Positions 37,499 to 47,781 of a stretch of DNA of 64,000 nucleotides are shown here, in pieces. A program made the position numbers and the translations under genes. The stretch lies in IMG/VR virus record IMGVR_UViG_3300048672_001051, positions 165,657 through 229,656 of that record; one strand, given 5' to 3'. Below the pieces are notes generated by a model. It had not been told where the DNA came from, made no database searches, and worked only from the letters and a program-made list of their open reading frames with translations. Position 1 is the first letter of the stretch; each line of letters starts with the position of its first letter.

Positions 37499-37970
37499 AA
37501 AACCAGACGTAGTGTGCCCACCAACGGACGAGTGCCGTATTGTGGAAAAACACAATCAGTAATAAAAAGAAAAAGGTTGTCAAAGCACAAATAGAACCAA
37601 TCAATTCCATGATTTCAGAGTCTGTTTTTTCAGAGATATAGCAATAGATTGCCAAACCTGAAAATGGCATCGCAGTAGCTAGCGCGCCATAAAACAAATC
37701 TTTTAGATCTAGGTCAAGATTGATCCATGTTTTTAAAGCATCAAGGAAATGGCTGTTCAATGGTAAACATACATTGAAACCAAACCATACCTTGTTATTC
37801 ATTAAGAATGAGAATACATGTAACAAGGCAATGATAGAGGCTAGCTCACCAATGCCTCCGTTAAGTCTATGTCTAAACTTGGCTATTAGAAAACAACCAA
37901 GTAAGCCTGTACCAATAGCACCTAATAGGTACAGGCTCAACAGATATACTACTCCGAGGATGAAGAACAT
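37497..37970 (-). CDS. Multi-pass membrane protein
   Basis: About four hydrophobic segments. Confidence 0.65.
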   Translation of the reverse strand: MFFILGVVYLLSLYLLGAIGTGLLGCFLIAKFRHRLNGGIGELASIIALLHVFSFLMNNKVWFGFNVCLPLNSHFLDALKTWINLDLDLKDLFYGALATAMPFSGLAIYCYISEKTDSEIMELIGSICALTTFFFLLLIVFFHNTALVRWWAHYVWF

Positions 37971-38485
37971 GTGGCAGGCTCCTTCGGAATATCCATTGTG
38001 AACTTGACATACGCTGAGGCTTGCTTGAATTCAACTTTCTTGGTGTGAATATAAGCACCATCAAGCCGATTCATTGTTGTCTTAGCATCAACGTTCTTTT
38101 CTGGATCATTGAAGTCTTTAACAAACGTCAGAATAATACGAATCATTTTCAAAGCTAACTTAATTTTTTGAGTATTAAGCTGACGTTGAAATGAATATAC
38201 CTGACGCATCATACTTTTCGGAGTCGAGGTGGAATAAATTTCCAACTCATACTTCAATACAAGTTCTGATTCTTGCATAACAGATACAATTACACTGTTG
38301 TTATCAGTGAATACTACTTTAGCCGTGTACGCTGAAGGCCAGCAGTTAAAACTACGTTGGGCTACATTGTATGAGCAGCCGATGAATATAGTGCTTGCCA
38401 ACATGTCTAACACATCTTTTTGTGTAGGACGTGTTACAGTTGGAACAACTTCAGGAACAGTTTGATTGATAGTCATGACGAGCAC
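37949..38485 (-). CDS. Hypothetical protein
   Basis: ORF in operon. Confidence 0.65.
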   Translation of the reverse strand: MLVMTINQTVPEVVPTVTRPTQKDVLDMLASTIFIGCSYNVAQRSFNCWPSAYTAKVVFTDNNSVIVSVMQESELVLKYELEIYSTSTPKSMMRQVYSFQRQLNTQKIKLALKMIRIILTFVKDFNDPEKNVDAKTTMNRLDGAYIHTKKVEFKQASAYVKFTMDIPKEPATCSSSSE

Positions 38486-38582
38486 CTTGTAATAAAGAGA
38501 TGACTGGAGGATGGGTTTTGTGTTACAGGTTTAGATAAACCACATGATGAATCTCTTTTAAGAAATCCATCAAGTTGTGTAT

Positions 38583-38909
38583 CTACAGCTTTACACCGAG
38601 GTTTTCAAAGACATTTTCGAGCAAATCAAGAATCTGATTGCGACCCCAACTAGTACGCGCCTCAAGAGCTGTCTTGAGCTCATCGTACACTGTCTGCATC
38701 ATTTTGTTGTCTGCGGCTTGACTGCCGTAGACTACTTGGATGTTAAGGGTCTCGCAGGCTTCTAGGAGCTCTTCATAGCCGTGTGGGATTTCGTCTGGTA
38801 CGATTACAGCGAAGTCTCCTGAAAAGGCCTTCACGGCAGCCATAGGTCCAAGAGGGTTCAATGTCCCGACGATTTGACGGAGTTGAGACAACTTAATTGT
38901 TTTTGACAT
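38583..38909 (-). CDS. Hypothetical protein
   Basis: ORF in operon. Confidence 0.65.
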   Translation of the reverse strand: MSKTIKLSQLRQIVGTLNPLGPMAAVKAFSGDFAVIVPDEIPHGYEELLEACETLNIQVVYGSQAADNKMMQTVYDELKTALEARTSWGRNQILDLLENVFENLGVKL

Positions 38910-39240
38910 AACCGGCAGCCTTGATAATGTGCAAGTGTTGTAGCAGTCTATTCATGATAGCTACAAAACTTTGCTTTTTGGTTGAGGGGAGAATTTCAAT
39001 AGCATGCTTAACATGTGGAGACTCTAGTACACGTACCATTTTATTGATGTGTGTACCAGAATGTTTTCCAAATTTAATGTTAAGTTGCCGCCGATTGTGA
39101 CAATCGGATACTTCATTGAAGAGACTATGCAGAACATTTTCAAAATCTTCTACATTTGATGGTGTTGGACTGTCTAGGCACTCGAACCATCTTGCTGTTC
39201 GATGAGCGTACTGGAGATTTTTGTACTCAGGTTTGACCAT
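38893..39240 (-). CDS. Hypothetical protein
   Basis: GGAG SD. Confidence 0.6.
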   Translation of the reverse strand: MVKPEYKNLQYAHRTARWFECLDSPTPSNVEDFENVLHSLFNEVSDCHNRRQLNIKFGKHSGTHINKMVRVLESPHVKHAIEILPSTKKQSFVAIMNRLLQHLHIIKAAGYVKNN

Positions 39241-39550
39241 TGACTTTTACTCCGCCTAGAATACTGACCACAATAATGTTGACATGTAAGTCATCACCTT
39301 TGCGGTAAGTATTTACACGCCCTTTAATGGCCACTGTTAAACTTTTGTCCATAGTAGGACAGGCTCGTCGAAGATATTCCACAATGTTTCGAGGCAACGT
39401 TAATGGAATAGCATCTGTAACAATGCTAGTGCTGTGTTCATTAGAAGGCCTTTCACAATATAGTGTTGCCATCATTGAACCGTGAGCACCAATACCTACA
39501 AAGATTTTACCTGTGTTACCAGATAAGAAAACCGTATTTTCATTGGACAT
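39227..39550 (-). CDS. SSB-like OB-fold protein
   Basis: NTVFLSGNTG...LTVAIKGRVNTYR resembles the SSB OB fold; no acidic tail. Confidence 0.55.
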   Translation of the reverse strand: MSNENTVFLSGNTGKIFVGIGAHGSMMATLYCERPSNEHSTSIVTDAIPLTLPRNIVEYLRRACPTMDKSLTVAIKGRVNTYRKGDDLHVNIIVVSILGGVKVNGQT

Positions 39551-39616
39551 GATATACCTCGTTCAAAAAGGATTTTTGGTAAAGCTTATCCGGAGTTGAA
39601 CAAGCTTCTCTTTGAA

Positions 39617-39631
39617 GACCATTTTGCTTTT
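39617..39631 (-). promoter_or_regulatory. Phage promoter-like motif
   Basis: AAGATCAAAAGCAAAATGGTCT. Confidence 0.7.
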
Positions 39632-39668
39632 GATCTTCGTGTTATGTATCCTAATTGAATACATAACA

Positions 39669-39938
39669 TCAAGATTTAAGCTTACTTGCCTTCTTGTAGA
39701 GTTCTGTAAGAACTCTCACACGAACTAATTTTTCATTGTCAGTTTTTAAATCTAAAGACAACAAGTTGTCTATAGAGTTTCTATATGTTTGTAGTTGTTT
39801 AGCTTTCTTTTTTGATACGCTGTACATAAGTATTACCTTAATAATTAAATAGTTTAAGTTGTTTTTTAACTGACTGACGACATGTCTTAGCTTTACGCTT
39901 CTGATCAACATGGGTCTGTGCTTTGCAGCCTGCGGCAT
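39669..39938 (-). CDS. Small basic hypothetical protein
   Basis: Probable start MYSVSK after AAGG. Confidence 0.45.
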   Translation of the reverse strand: MPQAAKHRPMLIRSVKLRHVVSQLKNNLNYLIIKVILMYSVSKKKAKQLQTYRNSIDNLLSLDLKTDNEKLVRVRVLTELYKKASKLKS

Positions 39939-40172
39939 GCATATGTTTTTTCACAAGATTGTTCATAACAATTTCCTTTAAAGTGAAGTGGATTGAAGTA
40001 GACATAATACTTCAATCCACTATTCAGAGCAAGTTCTAAAAATGGTAAAACCATCCTGTCTTAATACCTAATGTATCGTAAGGTGGAATATAACCTTTAA
40101 ACATAGACGGGATGTAGTATGTTGGTTTCCGTTGACGTTTTAACGGAAACCATTCAATGTCTTTTTCAAGAG

Positions 40173-40868
40173 TCATTTAGTAGAACCTTCGGCATTCAAA
40201 AAGTTTTTAAACTTTTTATGCCAGTCTTCTGTTGATAGATTGAACACTGGAATATCAAAGTGTTCTGCCAGACAAATTTGCAATGAGCAGTTACGTGTTA
40301 ACTCACTGCAATCAGCAGCTACTGTTTCACCATAATATGTTGCACATAAAACTGCATCAATAGGTGAACACAGGTCAGTGCCTAAGATTTCGAATACACT
40401 ACGAATTGCATATTGTTGTGCATTAAAACCTAAGTCACGACCTTTAGCTAACATTGAAGCCCAACCCTTATGGTGTCTTTGGGCAAGTTTACGAGCTTCA
40501 TTCCACAGCTCAGTTTTGTACATCATGTGATATACAGCTGTGCTAGTGTCAAGAGTCCACCCATAATTATCATAAGGTAGGTATATGTTCAAAGCTGTTT
40601 TAGAAAGTTTACCTTCTGCAATAGCTTTTACAAATCCTGCTTGAAATGCTTCTTCTGCCCCTCTAGAATTTCCTGTGTTCAGAGTGACAGTCATGTTCAA
40701 CTCTGGTCGAGAATGTTCAAGAGTGGCTAACCAATAAGACAGTTTTCCAATATTAGTTATTACTTCAGGTTCTAATGTTTTAAGATTATCCGTACCCAAT
40801 CCTGCTAAAGTCAATTTCTTCATACAGTTTATCTTAACCTCTGCTGTTGTGAAAGGAATGAGTTTCAT
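40173..40868 (-). CDS. Second, diverged SLOG/DprA-like protein
   Basis: LNTGNSRGAEEAF, IYLP, RSVFEILG, IPVFNL; paralog of 31131-31736. Confidence 0.65.
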   Translation of the reverse strand: MKLIPFTTAEVKINCMKKLTLAGLGTDNLKTLEPEVITNIGKLSYWLATLEHSRPELNMTVTLNTGNSRGAEEAFQAGFVKAIAEGKLSKTALNIYLPYDNYGWTLDTSTAVYHMMYKTELWNEARKLAQRHHKGWASMLAKGRDLGFNAQQYAIRSVFEILGTDLCSPIDAVLCATYYGETVAADCSELTRNCSLQICLAEHFDIPVFNLSTEDWHKKFKNFLNAEGSTK

Positions 40869-40945
40869 GGCTGCCTACTGTTAGCAATTTAACGCGTAGA
40901 CAGCCATTACTTTTGAAACGTCTTTACTACCTTCGCGGAGCGGTT

Positions 40946-41332
40946 TTATCCAATGCGGAGTTGAGCTGCTAAGCGAGTTACAACTTCAGCATGTTCTTTT
41001 TTATTTTTATAGGCCGACCATACATTGTAAGGTCGTTGGCATTGTACACCACGCACATCGTTACCAGCATTATAGTAGTAAGCTGCTGAATCATTGTATA
41101 CAGTGATTTCATACTCTTCTAATACGAGAGATGTTTCACTGTCTCCTTCGCTGGCCAAGCGCTGATATACATCTGGCGCTACAGCAATTGTGATATCATC
41201 TGCTTCGACAATACCACCAAGTTGTTGTAACGCTAATGCTGAATAACCTGTGACTACATAGTCTTGGTCATCCATACCTTCGCCGATATTGAAAGCTAAA
41301 AGCTTTTGACGGATTTCACTAGGGTTCAACAT
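40946..41332 (-). CDS. Degenerate nucleotidyltransferase-like protein
   Basis: YVVTGYSALALQ...ADDITIAV resembles the GS...DxD pattern but is degenerate. Confidence 0.4.
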   Translation of the reverse strand: MLNPSEIRQKLLAFNIGEGMDDQDYVVTGYSALALQQLGGIVEADDITIAVAPDVYQRLASEGDSETSLVLEEYEITVYNDSAAYYYNAGNDVRGVQCQRPYNVWSAYKNKKEHAEVVTRLAAQLRIG

Positions 41333-41334
41333 GG

Positions 41335-41982
41335 TTAATTTCCTTTGACATAAGTGAATAAATCGCAGTCTAATAATAGACCAGCCTCAGTTTGACCTTT
41401 AAATCCAAAAGGATTCTCAGATCCGATTCCAATCACACTTACTTTAACGTTACCAGTGGCACGATCAACATAGATGTCACCTAATACAGGTTTCATCTCC
41501 GCGATTTGTTTAGCATATTGTTTTGAGCTAGCAGCCCAAGGCAATAACATATCAATATTATCTACACCCACACACTTGTGGTATTCTCGGTACTGATCAG
41601 TCACTGTATAAATAATACCACCAACAGTTGGTTGTACTTCCGTTGCTGTGTGATCAGCAACGTATGCAACATTCACCATAGCACCAATATTCACTAGGTG
41701 AGTTACATTATGCAGGTCTATTACAAGAGCCTTTGCAGCCGGTGTTCTACCAACAGCAATGAAGCCTTTCTTGCTAGCAAATGCTTGATGCTGATCTGTA
41801 ACCTGCCGAGCAAATAATGTACTAGGCATGCCTGTCTTTTCATTGCACTTTTTGCTATACCCAGTAAACATAACATTGTGCTTACCCACCAGTTTAGCTT
41901 TACAGAGAACAACAATACCATCGCGCGTATGCGCAATAGAGTTTGTTGTTCTATTCAGAGCTTCTTTAAATTCAAGAATCAT
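41335..41982 (-). CDS. Hypothetical protein
   Basis: GGAG SD. Confidence 0.65.
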   Translation of the reverse strand: MILEFKEALNRTTNSIAHTRDGIVVLCKAKLVGKHNVMFTGYSKKCNEKTGMPSTLFARQVTDQHQAFASKKGFIAVGRTPAAKALVIDLHNVTHLVNIGAMVNVAYVADHTATEVQPTVGGIIYTVTDQYREYHKCVGVDNIDMLLPWAASSKQYAKQIAEMKPVLGDIYVDRATGNVKVSVIGIGSENPFGFKGQTEAGLLLDCDLFTYVKGN

Positions 41983-42051
41983 GATTGTAACTCCAGTACT
42001 AAAGGAATGGTGGACTGTTTAGATGGGCACAGTCCTGAAGCCTTTATACGC

Positions 42052-42828
42052 TTAGATAAACTTTTTAAGCTTACGCTGAGCTTTTTCAAACAGTGTTTCT
42101 GGTGGCAATTTTGAAACGTGTTGCCACCAGTTTGCAGGTTGATGTTCAGGCTTCAATACATTGTGGCTATATAACAGATTGTTATTCCGTTGATTCGGCT
42201 TAACAACCCGACTGATGCATTCGCTGGCTACATAATATGCAGTAGTAAATACAATTGCCCGTACAGTATTTTTTTTGAAATCAGGCCACTTTTTAGCATT
42301 GTACACTGCCGCTAATCCGGCGATCATCAACTCTGCCTTCAAGCTGTAAGATACACAAGTAACTCCAGTAAGTAAGATTTCACTTGCTGAGGCACCTTGC
42401 CATTTCATAAGCAATGGGATAAGAACAGCATTGCGGCCAATGTTAAGGCCATGCGCACTTGCGTTATATTGAATCTTATCCAAGAACTTGTTCAGGCTAT
42501 CTTGCTGAACTTTAGTATTGCACGGATTAATTTTGTAGCGAAGTTTGTCTTCACCTAGCACTTCGCAATGGCAGTAAAATACTTCTAACCCTGCCTTGCG
42601 TAGCAGACCATAAGTCCGTACAAGTTGTAACTTGTTTTTGAACACAAATGGCGCAACAGCCTTAAAAACTTTCCCATCAACTGTCAGCGGATCAGTCACA
42701 GGCAACTCAATGTTACCAACAGTCAGATAGCCTTCAGTTGTGTCATACAACTGATCATTAACCAATACGAGTAGGGTTAAAGCGATATTTGTAGCAGTCA
42801 TCATACACCTCCAAGGTGTTTTGAACAA
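42052..42828 (-). CDS. Hypothetical protein
   Basis: Probable start MMTATN after GGAGG. Confidence 0.65.
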   Translation of the reverse strand: MFKTPWRCMMTATNIALTLLVLVNDQLYDTTEGYLTVGNIELPVTDPLTVDGKVFKAVAPFVFKNKLQLVRTYGLLRKAGLEVFYCHCEVLGEDKLRYKINPCNTKVQQDSLNKFLDKIQYNASAHGLNIGRNAVLIPLLMKWQGASASEILLTGVTCVSYSLKAELMIAGLAAVYNAKKWPDFKKNTVRAIVFTTAYYVASECISRVVKPNQRNNNLLYSHNVLKPEHQPANWWQHVSKLPPETLFEKAQRKLKKFI

Positions 42829-42843
42829 AGAAACAACGGGGAT

Positions 42844-43098
42844 TTACTGAGGAAATCGGTTTGTACGTCTACGGCGTCTTACAACTGTAGGTACGATAAC
42901 TTTTACGATGTCGTGCTTACAGCGCATGTAGTGGTGTTGACCACTCCACATATAGGAACGAGTAGTTCCATCATCAAACGACAACTTGATCGGATACCAT
43001 GGGATATCATGAGCAGTTACGCCAGTCACAATCAATGTTCGATCATCTTTTGTGACAACTGCATGCCCTACAGCTATGCTTTCTAACATAGTATTCAC
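42844..43098 (-). CDS. Hypothetical protein, Arg-rich C-terminus
   Basis: ORF in operon. Confidence 0.6.
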   Translation of the reverse strand: MNTMLESIAVGHAVVTKDDRTLIVTGVTAHDIPWYPIKLSFDDGTTRSYMWSGQHHYMRCKHDIVKVIVPTVVRRRRRTNRFPQ

Positions 43099-43192
43099 CT
43101 GTTCAAAAGGTTTAGGATTGAAAAACTGTTAACAGTTTATTGACTTATTAAGGTCACATGGATATAGGTTTCATTGTATCATCCTCATTACA

Positions 43193-43207
43193 GACCATTT
43201 TGCTTTT
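43193..43207 (-). promoter_or_regulatory. Phage promoter-like motif
   Basis: AAAAGCAAAATGGTCTGTAATGAGGAT. Confidence 0.75.
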
Positions 43208-43227
43208 AAGATCAATAGGTTAGCAAT

Positions 43228-43488
43228 TCAACGCCACTTATCAATCATGTTAATCAAATCAGTCTGACCACCATTGATGCGAATAAGTCTTGGGTGACTA
43301 CGATACAATTGATGGGCTGTGTGTGAACAAAACTTCACACACAGAATAACTACATCATAAGCACCTTTCTGAAGCTTAGATTGGTTGTCTTGCTGAGTTA
43401 CCCAAGTAAACTTCACTTTGCTACCAAACTTACGTGTTAGATCGTTTGCAGCTTTAGCTCTAACACCAATCACAAGAATGTGTTTCAT
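43228..43488 (-). CDS. DUF2325-like small protein
   Basis: ILVIG...YDVVILCVKFCSH pattern. Confidence 0.5.
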   Translation of the reverse strand: MKHILVIGVRAKAANDLTRKFGSKVKFTWVTQQDNQSKLQKGAYDVVILCVKFCSHTAHQLYRSHPRLIRINGGQTDLINMIDKWR

Positions 43489-43533
43489 AATCCCTCCATA
43501 CGGGGCCGTAGAAGCCCCGTAGAGCGACGTTAG

Positions 43534-43782
43534 TTAAGGGTGTAGACGTTGGTCCCATTCTGCAGTCTTGAGGGCTTCTTGAGCCTCTTCTGCGGTTTTC
43601 CAGTATTGTACGGATTCACGGCTAATAGGCTCACCTTCATGTTCAGTGCCTAAAAAGAAACCGTTATGACTCTTACACACTTTAAGTGGTAAGCGCATGT
43701 TTACGTATTGCAACGCAAGAATACCAATTGCCATAAGAACTGCTCCAAGAGTCCATGTTAAAAAAGAATACAACAATAACAA
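43534..43782 (-). CDS. Phage hypothetical protein
   Basis: LKVCKSHNGFFLG...PISRESVQYW pattern. Confidence 0.6.
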   Translation of the reverse strand: MLLLYSFLTWTLGAVLMAIGILALQYVNMRLPLKVCKSHNGFFLGTEHEGEPISRESVQYWKTAEEAQEALKTAEWDQRLHP

Positions 43783-43985
43783 TAGTCAGTTTACCGTCAT
43801 GACTAAGACCTACAGTATTATCATAAGGAGATTCCTTTAAGATGATGGTTGAAGTTGAGCCCATTGTTCTGTATTAGGTATGGGATTATCAAATCCGTGA
43901 AGATTTGAAAGCCTAAATTCACATTGCAATAATTCACATTAGCATGCGTATATATAACCAGTACATATACGCATTGTAATATAAA

Positions 43986-44513
43986 TTAATGATACTTCAT
44001 TACAATAAAGGGATAGTCTTTACGTTTGGCCTTACCAGCCCATAAAGAGTCCCCAATAGCTGATTCAACACCGATATCTGGTACCAGTGTTTCATCAACA
44101 ACAATGAAGAAACGATCATCACCTTGTTCAGTATTGAAGTCATACTCTGCATGCAATGTAGCACCCACAGAGGTAACAACATATACATCGTATTTCTTCA
44201 ACTCTTCAACACAGAACTCGAGCAACTCCCAACGAAGGGCGCCATATACTGTATGTTTGCTCCAACGATAGGTATAGTCTCGTGTTTTTTCATACGCATC
44301 TTCAGCACTCACGCCATACATGCCAGAAGGAACTGGATAACGTTTATCACCAGAGTGTTTAGGCCATTTCTTCATAACTTTAGCCAATAACTTGCCCATA
44401 TTTCCTCCGTGGCAAGTTATTGTTTCAGCAACTAAGTTACAGATTCCACTCTTTTTGTCAGGCCTGCGTTTAACATAGACTAAGCTCTCGCTTAATTCAT
44501 TTACAATATCCAT
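43986..44513 (-). CDS. Hypothetical phage protein
   Basis: WPKHSGDKRYPVP...YGALRWELL; AGGAG SD. Confidence 0.65.
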   Translation of the reverse strand: MDIVNELSESLVYVKRRPDKKSGICNLVAETITCHGGNMGKLLAKVMKKWPKHSGDKRYPVPSGMYGVSAEDAYEKTRDYTYRWSKHTVYGALRWELLEFCVEELKKYDVYVVTSVGATLHAEYDFNTEQGDDRFFIVVDETLVPDIGVESAIGDSLWAGKAKRKDYPFIVMKYH

Positions 44514-44523
44514 AACAATACTC

Positions 44524-44733
44524 CTATGGCAGATGAGGGACTACGATTGAACCTTTGTGAACATCTTTAAGGATATTCACAGCTTCATCCAGTGTGTGAA
44601 TATTAGCTTTGTGCTGATAATATTCTTCACCACCTTCATGTACAACAATAGTGAATCGACCACCTTGCCACAGGACAGTGGATTGTTCAACCCAAGCTAA
44701 GATGCAAGGTCTTACCGCTATTGATTCAAACAT
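44524..44733 (-). CDS. Hypothetical protein
   Basis: GGAG SD; overlap-coupled. Confidence 0.55.
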   Translation of the reverse strand: MFESIAVRPCILAWVEQSTVLWQGGRFTIVVHEGGEEYYQHKANIHTLDEAVNILKDVHKGSIVVPHLP

Positions 44734-44980
44734 TACTTTGCTCCAAGTGGTAGTGCATGTTTTCTAACAACATTGCACATTGAGACTCAGTAAGCTCAGG
44801 TTTAGCTTGGATGATGCGATGTTGACCGTTGCTCAAGTGTATTGCGATAGTCGCTAAACGCCGACCATCTTCGTAAATTGTGCCTGGAGTGTATTCCAGA
44901 GCAACAACATGTTGTGAAACAGGGCGCCAATAGAGCTGATCCTTGGCAAACTGCTTAAGCTCAATAATGAAATTGGACAT
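44726..44980 (-). CDS. Hypothetical protein
   Basis: GAGG SD. Confidence 0.6.
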   Translation of the reverse strand: MSNFIIELKQFAKDQLYWRPVSQHVVALEYTPGTIYEDGRRLATIAIHLSNGQHRIIQAKPELTESQCAMLLENMHYHLEQSNV

Positions 44981-44989
44981 AGTACCACC

Positions 44990-45403
44990 TCACTTGAAAA
45001 ATGATAACAAAGATTTTGGGATGTCGAGACTCTTGTGAGTGCTCAATACACTGTATAGCGAAGTATCCAGCGTGTGACCCCAGCCTGAAACAAAGTCATA
45101 TACAGCAATTTGCATACTGTATTTTTCCGCATTGATGAGGATGCCTGGACCCCCATCAGTCTCAACTACACCACGCAGTTGCTGATGTAGATATTTCAAA
45201 TCAATCTTCTTGTGCACCAATACAAGGATTGGATTCACACGGCTTGTCTTGATAAGAATACCGTACACCTCTAACGGCTGTGCCGAGTTGTCACGATCCT
45301 TAAAGCATTTAGCCTGAACATCAATAGTCAGGCGATCTGCATCTAAAAATAGTGTCGGAGGAACAGCATCAATAACAGCGTTAAATTCTTGCATGACAGT
45401 CAT
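44990..45403 (-). CDS. Hypothetical protein
   Basis: ORF in operon. Confidence 0.6.
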   Translation of the reverse strand: MTVMQEFNAVIDAVPPTLFLDADRLTIDVQAKCFKDRDNSAQPLEVYGILIKTSRVNPILVLVHKKIDLKYLHQQLRGVVETDGGPGILINAEKYSMQIAVYDFVSGWGHTLDTSLYSVLSTHKSLDIPKSLLSFFK

Positions 45404-45525
45404 CCTAAAATGAGATAGAGGGTTAATAACACACTCAGAACTATGAGTAGATTTCTGAATGTATTAAGCCGTTTTGCATGAGCATTGAGAATACGCTCAA
45501 GCTCTTTACTATAGTCGTCAGTCAT
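45400..45525 (-). CDS. 41-aa membrane-anchored protein (not in ORF track)
   Basis: AGGAG SD; MTDDYSKELER...LLIVLSVLLTLYLILG; ATGA overlap. Confidence 0.6.
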   Translation of the reverse strand: MTDDYSKELERILNAHAKRLNTFRNLLIVLSVLLTLYLILG

Positions 45526-45630
45526 CAGAGACTACTCCTAGTAGTTTTAAGAAAGGTTTACACCTTAAGATTATACTGGCAGGTGCTTACCAGTGAAGAC
45601 TATTATCATAGCTATTTAATCCTCATTAAA

Positions 45631-45651
45631 GACCATTTCGCTTGTGCTTTT
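45631..45651 (-). promoter_or_regulatory. Phage promoter-like motif (variant)
   Basis: AAAAGCACAAGCGAAATGGTCTTTAATGAGGAT. Confidence 0.65.
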
Positions 45652-45659
45652 GAACACAG

Positions 45660-46100
45660 TTATTCAGTGGTCGCGTAGGCAGACGGGATTTTGCTTAAGT
45701 CAATATTAACTTCGCGGCGCGGGTTTTGACTTTGAACTAGATGCCCTGTGCTGCTAATAGCGCTAGACGCCGCTTTAGCTTGCTTAATCACTGCAATAAA
45801 CTCTTCACGAGATAGTGTAGGGATTTCGCTAAGAAAGACAGGTGAGCCGTTATGGAATACACCTTGAATTACCTTAGAGCCGCCTAAGTAGTCTTGGCTT
45901 TGGGTAATACAGGTATAAGGCCCCTTGTTATACTTGTAGACCTTAACAAAGTTACTTGAATAAATAGCAGTAACTTTACTTGATCCAGTAATACCACAGA
46001 TGTCCACTACTGCGATATTTGTATCGTCAGTAGTTAAGTCATATGTGAGTACACTGGCAAAAATAGAAGCCAAAACAACACACAGTATTAGTTTAAACAT
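45660..46100 (-). CDS. Exported hypothetical protein
   Basis: N-terminal signal peptide; GAGGAG SD. Confidence 0.65.
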   Translation of the reverse strand: MFKLILCVVLASIFASVLTYDLTTDDTNIAVVDICGITGSSKVTAIYSSNFVKVYKYNKGPYTCITQSQDYLGGSKVIQGVFHNGSPVFLSEIPTLSREEFIAVIKQAKAASSAISSTGHLVQSQNPRREVNIDLSKIPSAYATTE

Positions 46101-46173
46101 GGTAAGTCTCCTCAGACTTGGTTGAAAGTTTATTCACATGTGGGAACTATAAAAATTCCCACAAATTAATAAA

Positions 46174-46665
46174 CTAAAAAGGTACTTCGAAGCCAGTGTA
46201 TTGACCTGCTTTAATAGCAGAGTCTAAATCACTGTAACGAAAATCTCTTACATGGTCGTTAGAAAATCCTTTACCAACAATCCAATAAATAGTTGGATAC
46301 GCTTGGATTAGAATTTTCTTTTCACCTGAATAGGCTTCGTATGCAAGGTATGCTTCGAAAGGCAGGTCGTACACAGTTAAGCTATTAGCTCTACGGTACT
46401 CAATAACTTCATTAAGCCTAGAGATCTCCAACACAATGCACTCTGCAGGGCTAGTCAAGTTATCAACTAGAGCATGTGACAGCATATGTATATGTTCTAA
46501 ACTACCCGAGCCCATGTACACTATCTGACCATCCTTATGTTCCATTTCATACATATCTGGAAAACAAGAAGATTCCCACTCAAGCTCACCTGCAATATCG
46601 TCGAAGTAAGCACTTGATTCACCTTCGTACATCAGGCTTATTTTAAAATCTGGATGTAAATTCAT
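46174..46665 (-). CDS. Hypothetical acidic protein
   Basis: AAGGAG SD. Confidence 0.65.
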   Translation of the reverse strand: MNLHPDFKISLMYEGESSAYFDDIAGELEWESSCFPDMYEMEHKDGQIVYMGSGSLEHIHMLSHALVDNLTSPAECIVLEISRLNEVIEYRRANSLTVYDLPFEAYLAYEAYSGEKKILIQAYPTIYWIVGKGFSNDHVRDFRYSDLDSAIKAGQYTGFEVPF

Positions 46666-46725
46666 AACAATGCTCCTTGGTTATAATTGTCGTTACTCCG
46701 GAATTAGAGTAACGACATGAAAAGG

Positions 46726-47217
46726 TTAGACCGATGGTTTGTGCAAAGACTTACGAATAGTCTTTGACACCTTAATTGCATCTTTACACCGTAAAAATAA
46801 CAACCCATCAGCTAAAAGCTGTTGATAACTGGGACAACTGGGATTGACTGTTAGCGTCTTGTAAAACGCATGTTGATCCCAGATCTCTTTTTGTACCAAA
46901 TGTAACACAGGCGTATAAACCTGTTTAATGGTACTGCCAAGCACCGTGTCAACACGAATCGGTGCAATAATAGAGCCGTTACCAACATCCATAGACTCCG
47001 GCTTTGTTGGATAACATACCAAGTCGCAGTGCCAAGAGATGTTAGCCATGAGGTATTCCATTGAAGTAACCTCTGTGAACTCTTTGTGCTTGCGTGGCTT
47101 AATCCACAGCTTGTGCTGCGAGCTCATCAACCAGAGGCCTATTTGGCCTCTGTGTTTTGCGAATGATTGACGCTTAGTTGCTTTCATAACAATACTCCAA
47201 AGTGCGACATTGCACAC
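46726..47217 (-). CDS. Hypothetical protein
   Basis: Probable start MKATK after GGAG. Confidence 0.6.
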   Translation of the reverse strand: MCNVALWSIVMKATKRQSFAKHRGQIGLWLMSSQHKLWIKPRKHKEFTEVTSMEYLMANISWHCDLVCYPTKPESMDVGNGSIIAPIRVDTVLGSTIKQVYTPVLHLVQKEIWDQHAFYKTLTVNPSCPSYQQLLADGLLFLRCKDAIKVSKTIRKSLHKPSV

Positions 47218-47427
47218 ATGTACGACCCATAATAAGAGTCGTACAAGTTTGAAATGTCAATCTTCTTCAAGATACAAATAGTCCATTGCGCTATTGTAGT
47301 CGATAACTACAGCTGCAATTTGACCATGAGTAAATTTACCTGAGAACATCTCAAATAAATCTTCTTCACAAGCACCGTTCTCCAGTGCTTGTATTATTTC
47401 TGAAGTGTCCATAGCGTCAGTCCTTTG

Positions 47428-47781
47428 CTAGTAGTCATCACCGTATTCGTTGTCTAGAGCCCTTCTATAACAAGGGTTACAGACTTCGTGTACTGGACCA
47501 CCACCTTCGCTAGGATCGCTGCGGAAATGAACGCGTAAGCCGCTCTTATGGCACCAATCACAAGTACCTGTAGGATTCTCATCCTCAGCCTCTTGCGCGG
47601 CCTTATAAGCGTCTACACACTCTTGACACATAGGGTGATACTCAGACCCCCAAGAGTCTGTCTCACCTACAAGAGTCAAAACCGCAGGCCGATTTTCATG
47701 CCCATCGGTGTGACATAGACTCCCCCACTGTTTTGCAACAGCAGACACTTCTATTAACATACCTGTGATATGTCTTCTCAT
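47428..47781 (-). CDS. Zn-finger (CxxC) protein
   Basis: CQEC, CDWC, CNPC. Confidence 0.65.
   Translation of the reverse strand: MRRHITGMLIEVSAVAKQWGSLCHTDGHENRPAVLTLVGETDSWGSEYHPMCQECVDAYKAAQEAEDENPTGTCDWCHKSGLRVHFRSDPSEGGGPVHEVCNPCYRRALDNEYGDDY

Noticed and set aside
45515-45535. CUGAUGA match as a fourth hammerhead (also at ~12130)
   Set aside because: No matching stems or GAAA; the ATG is simply a start codon.
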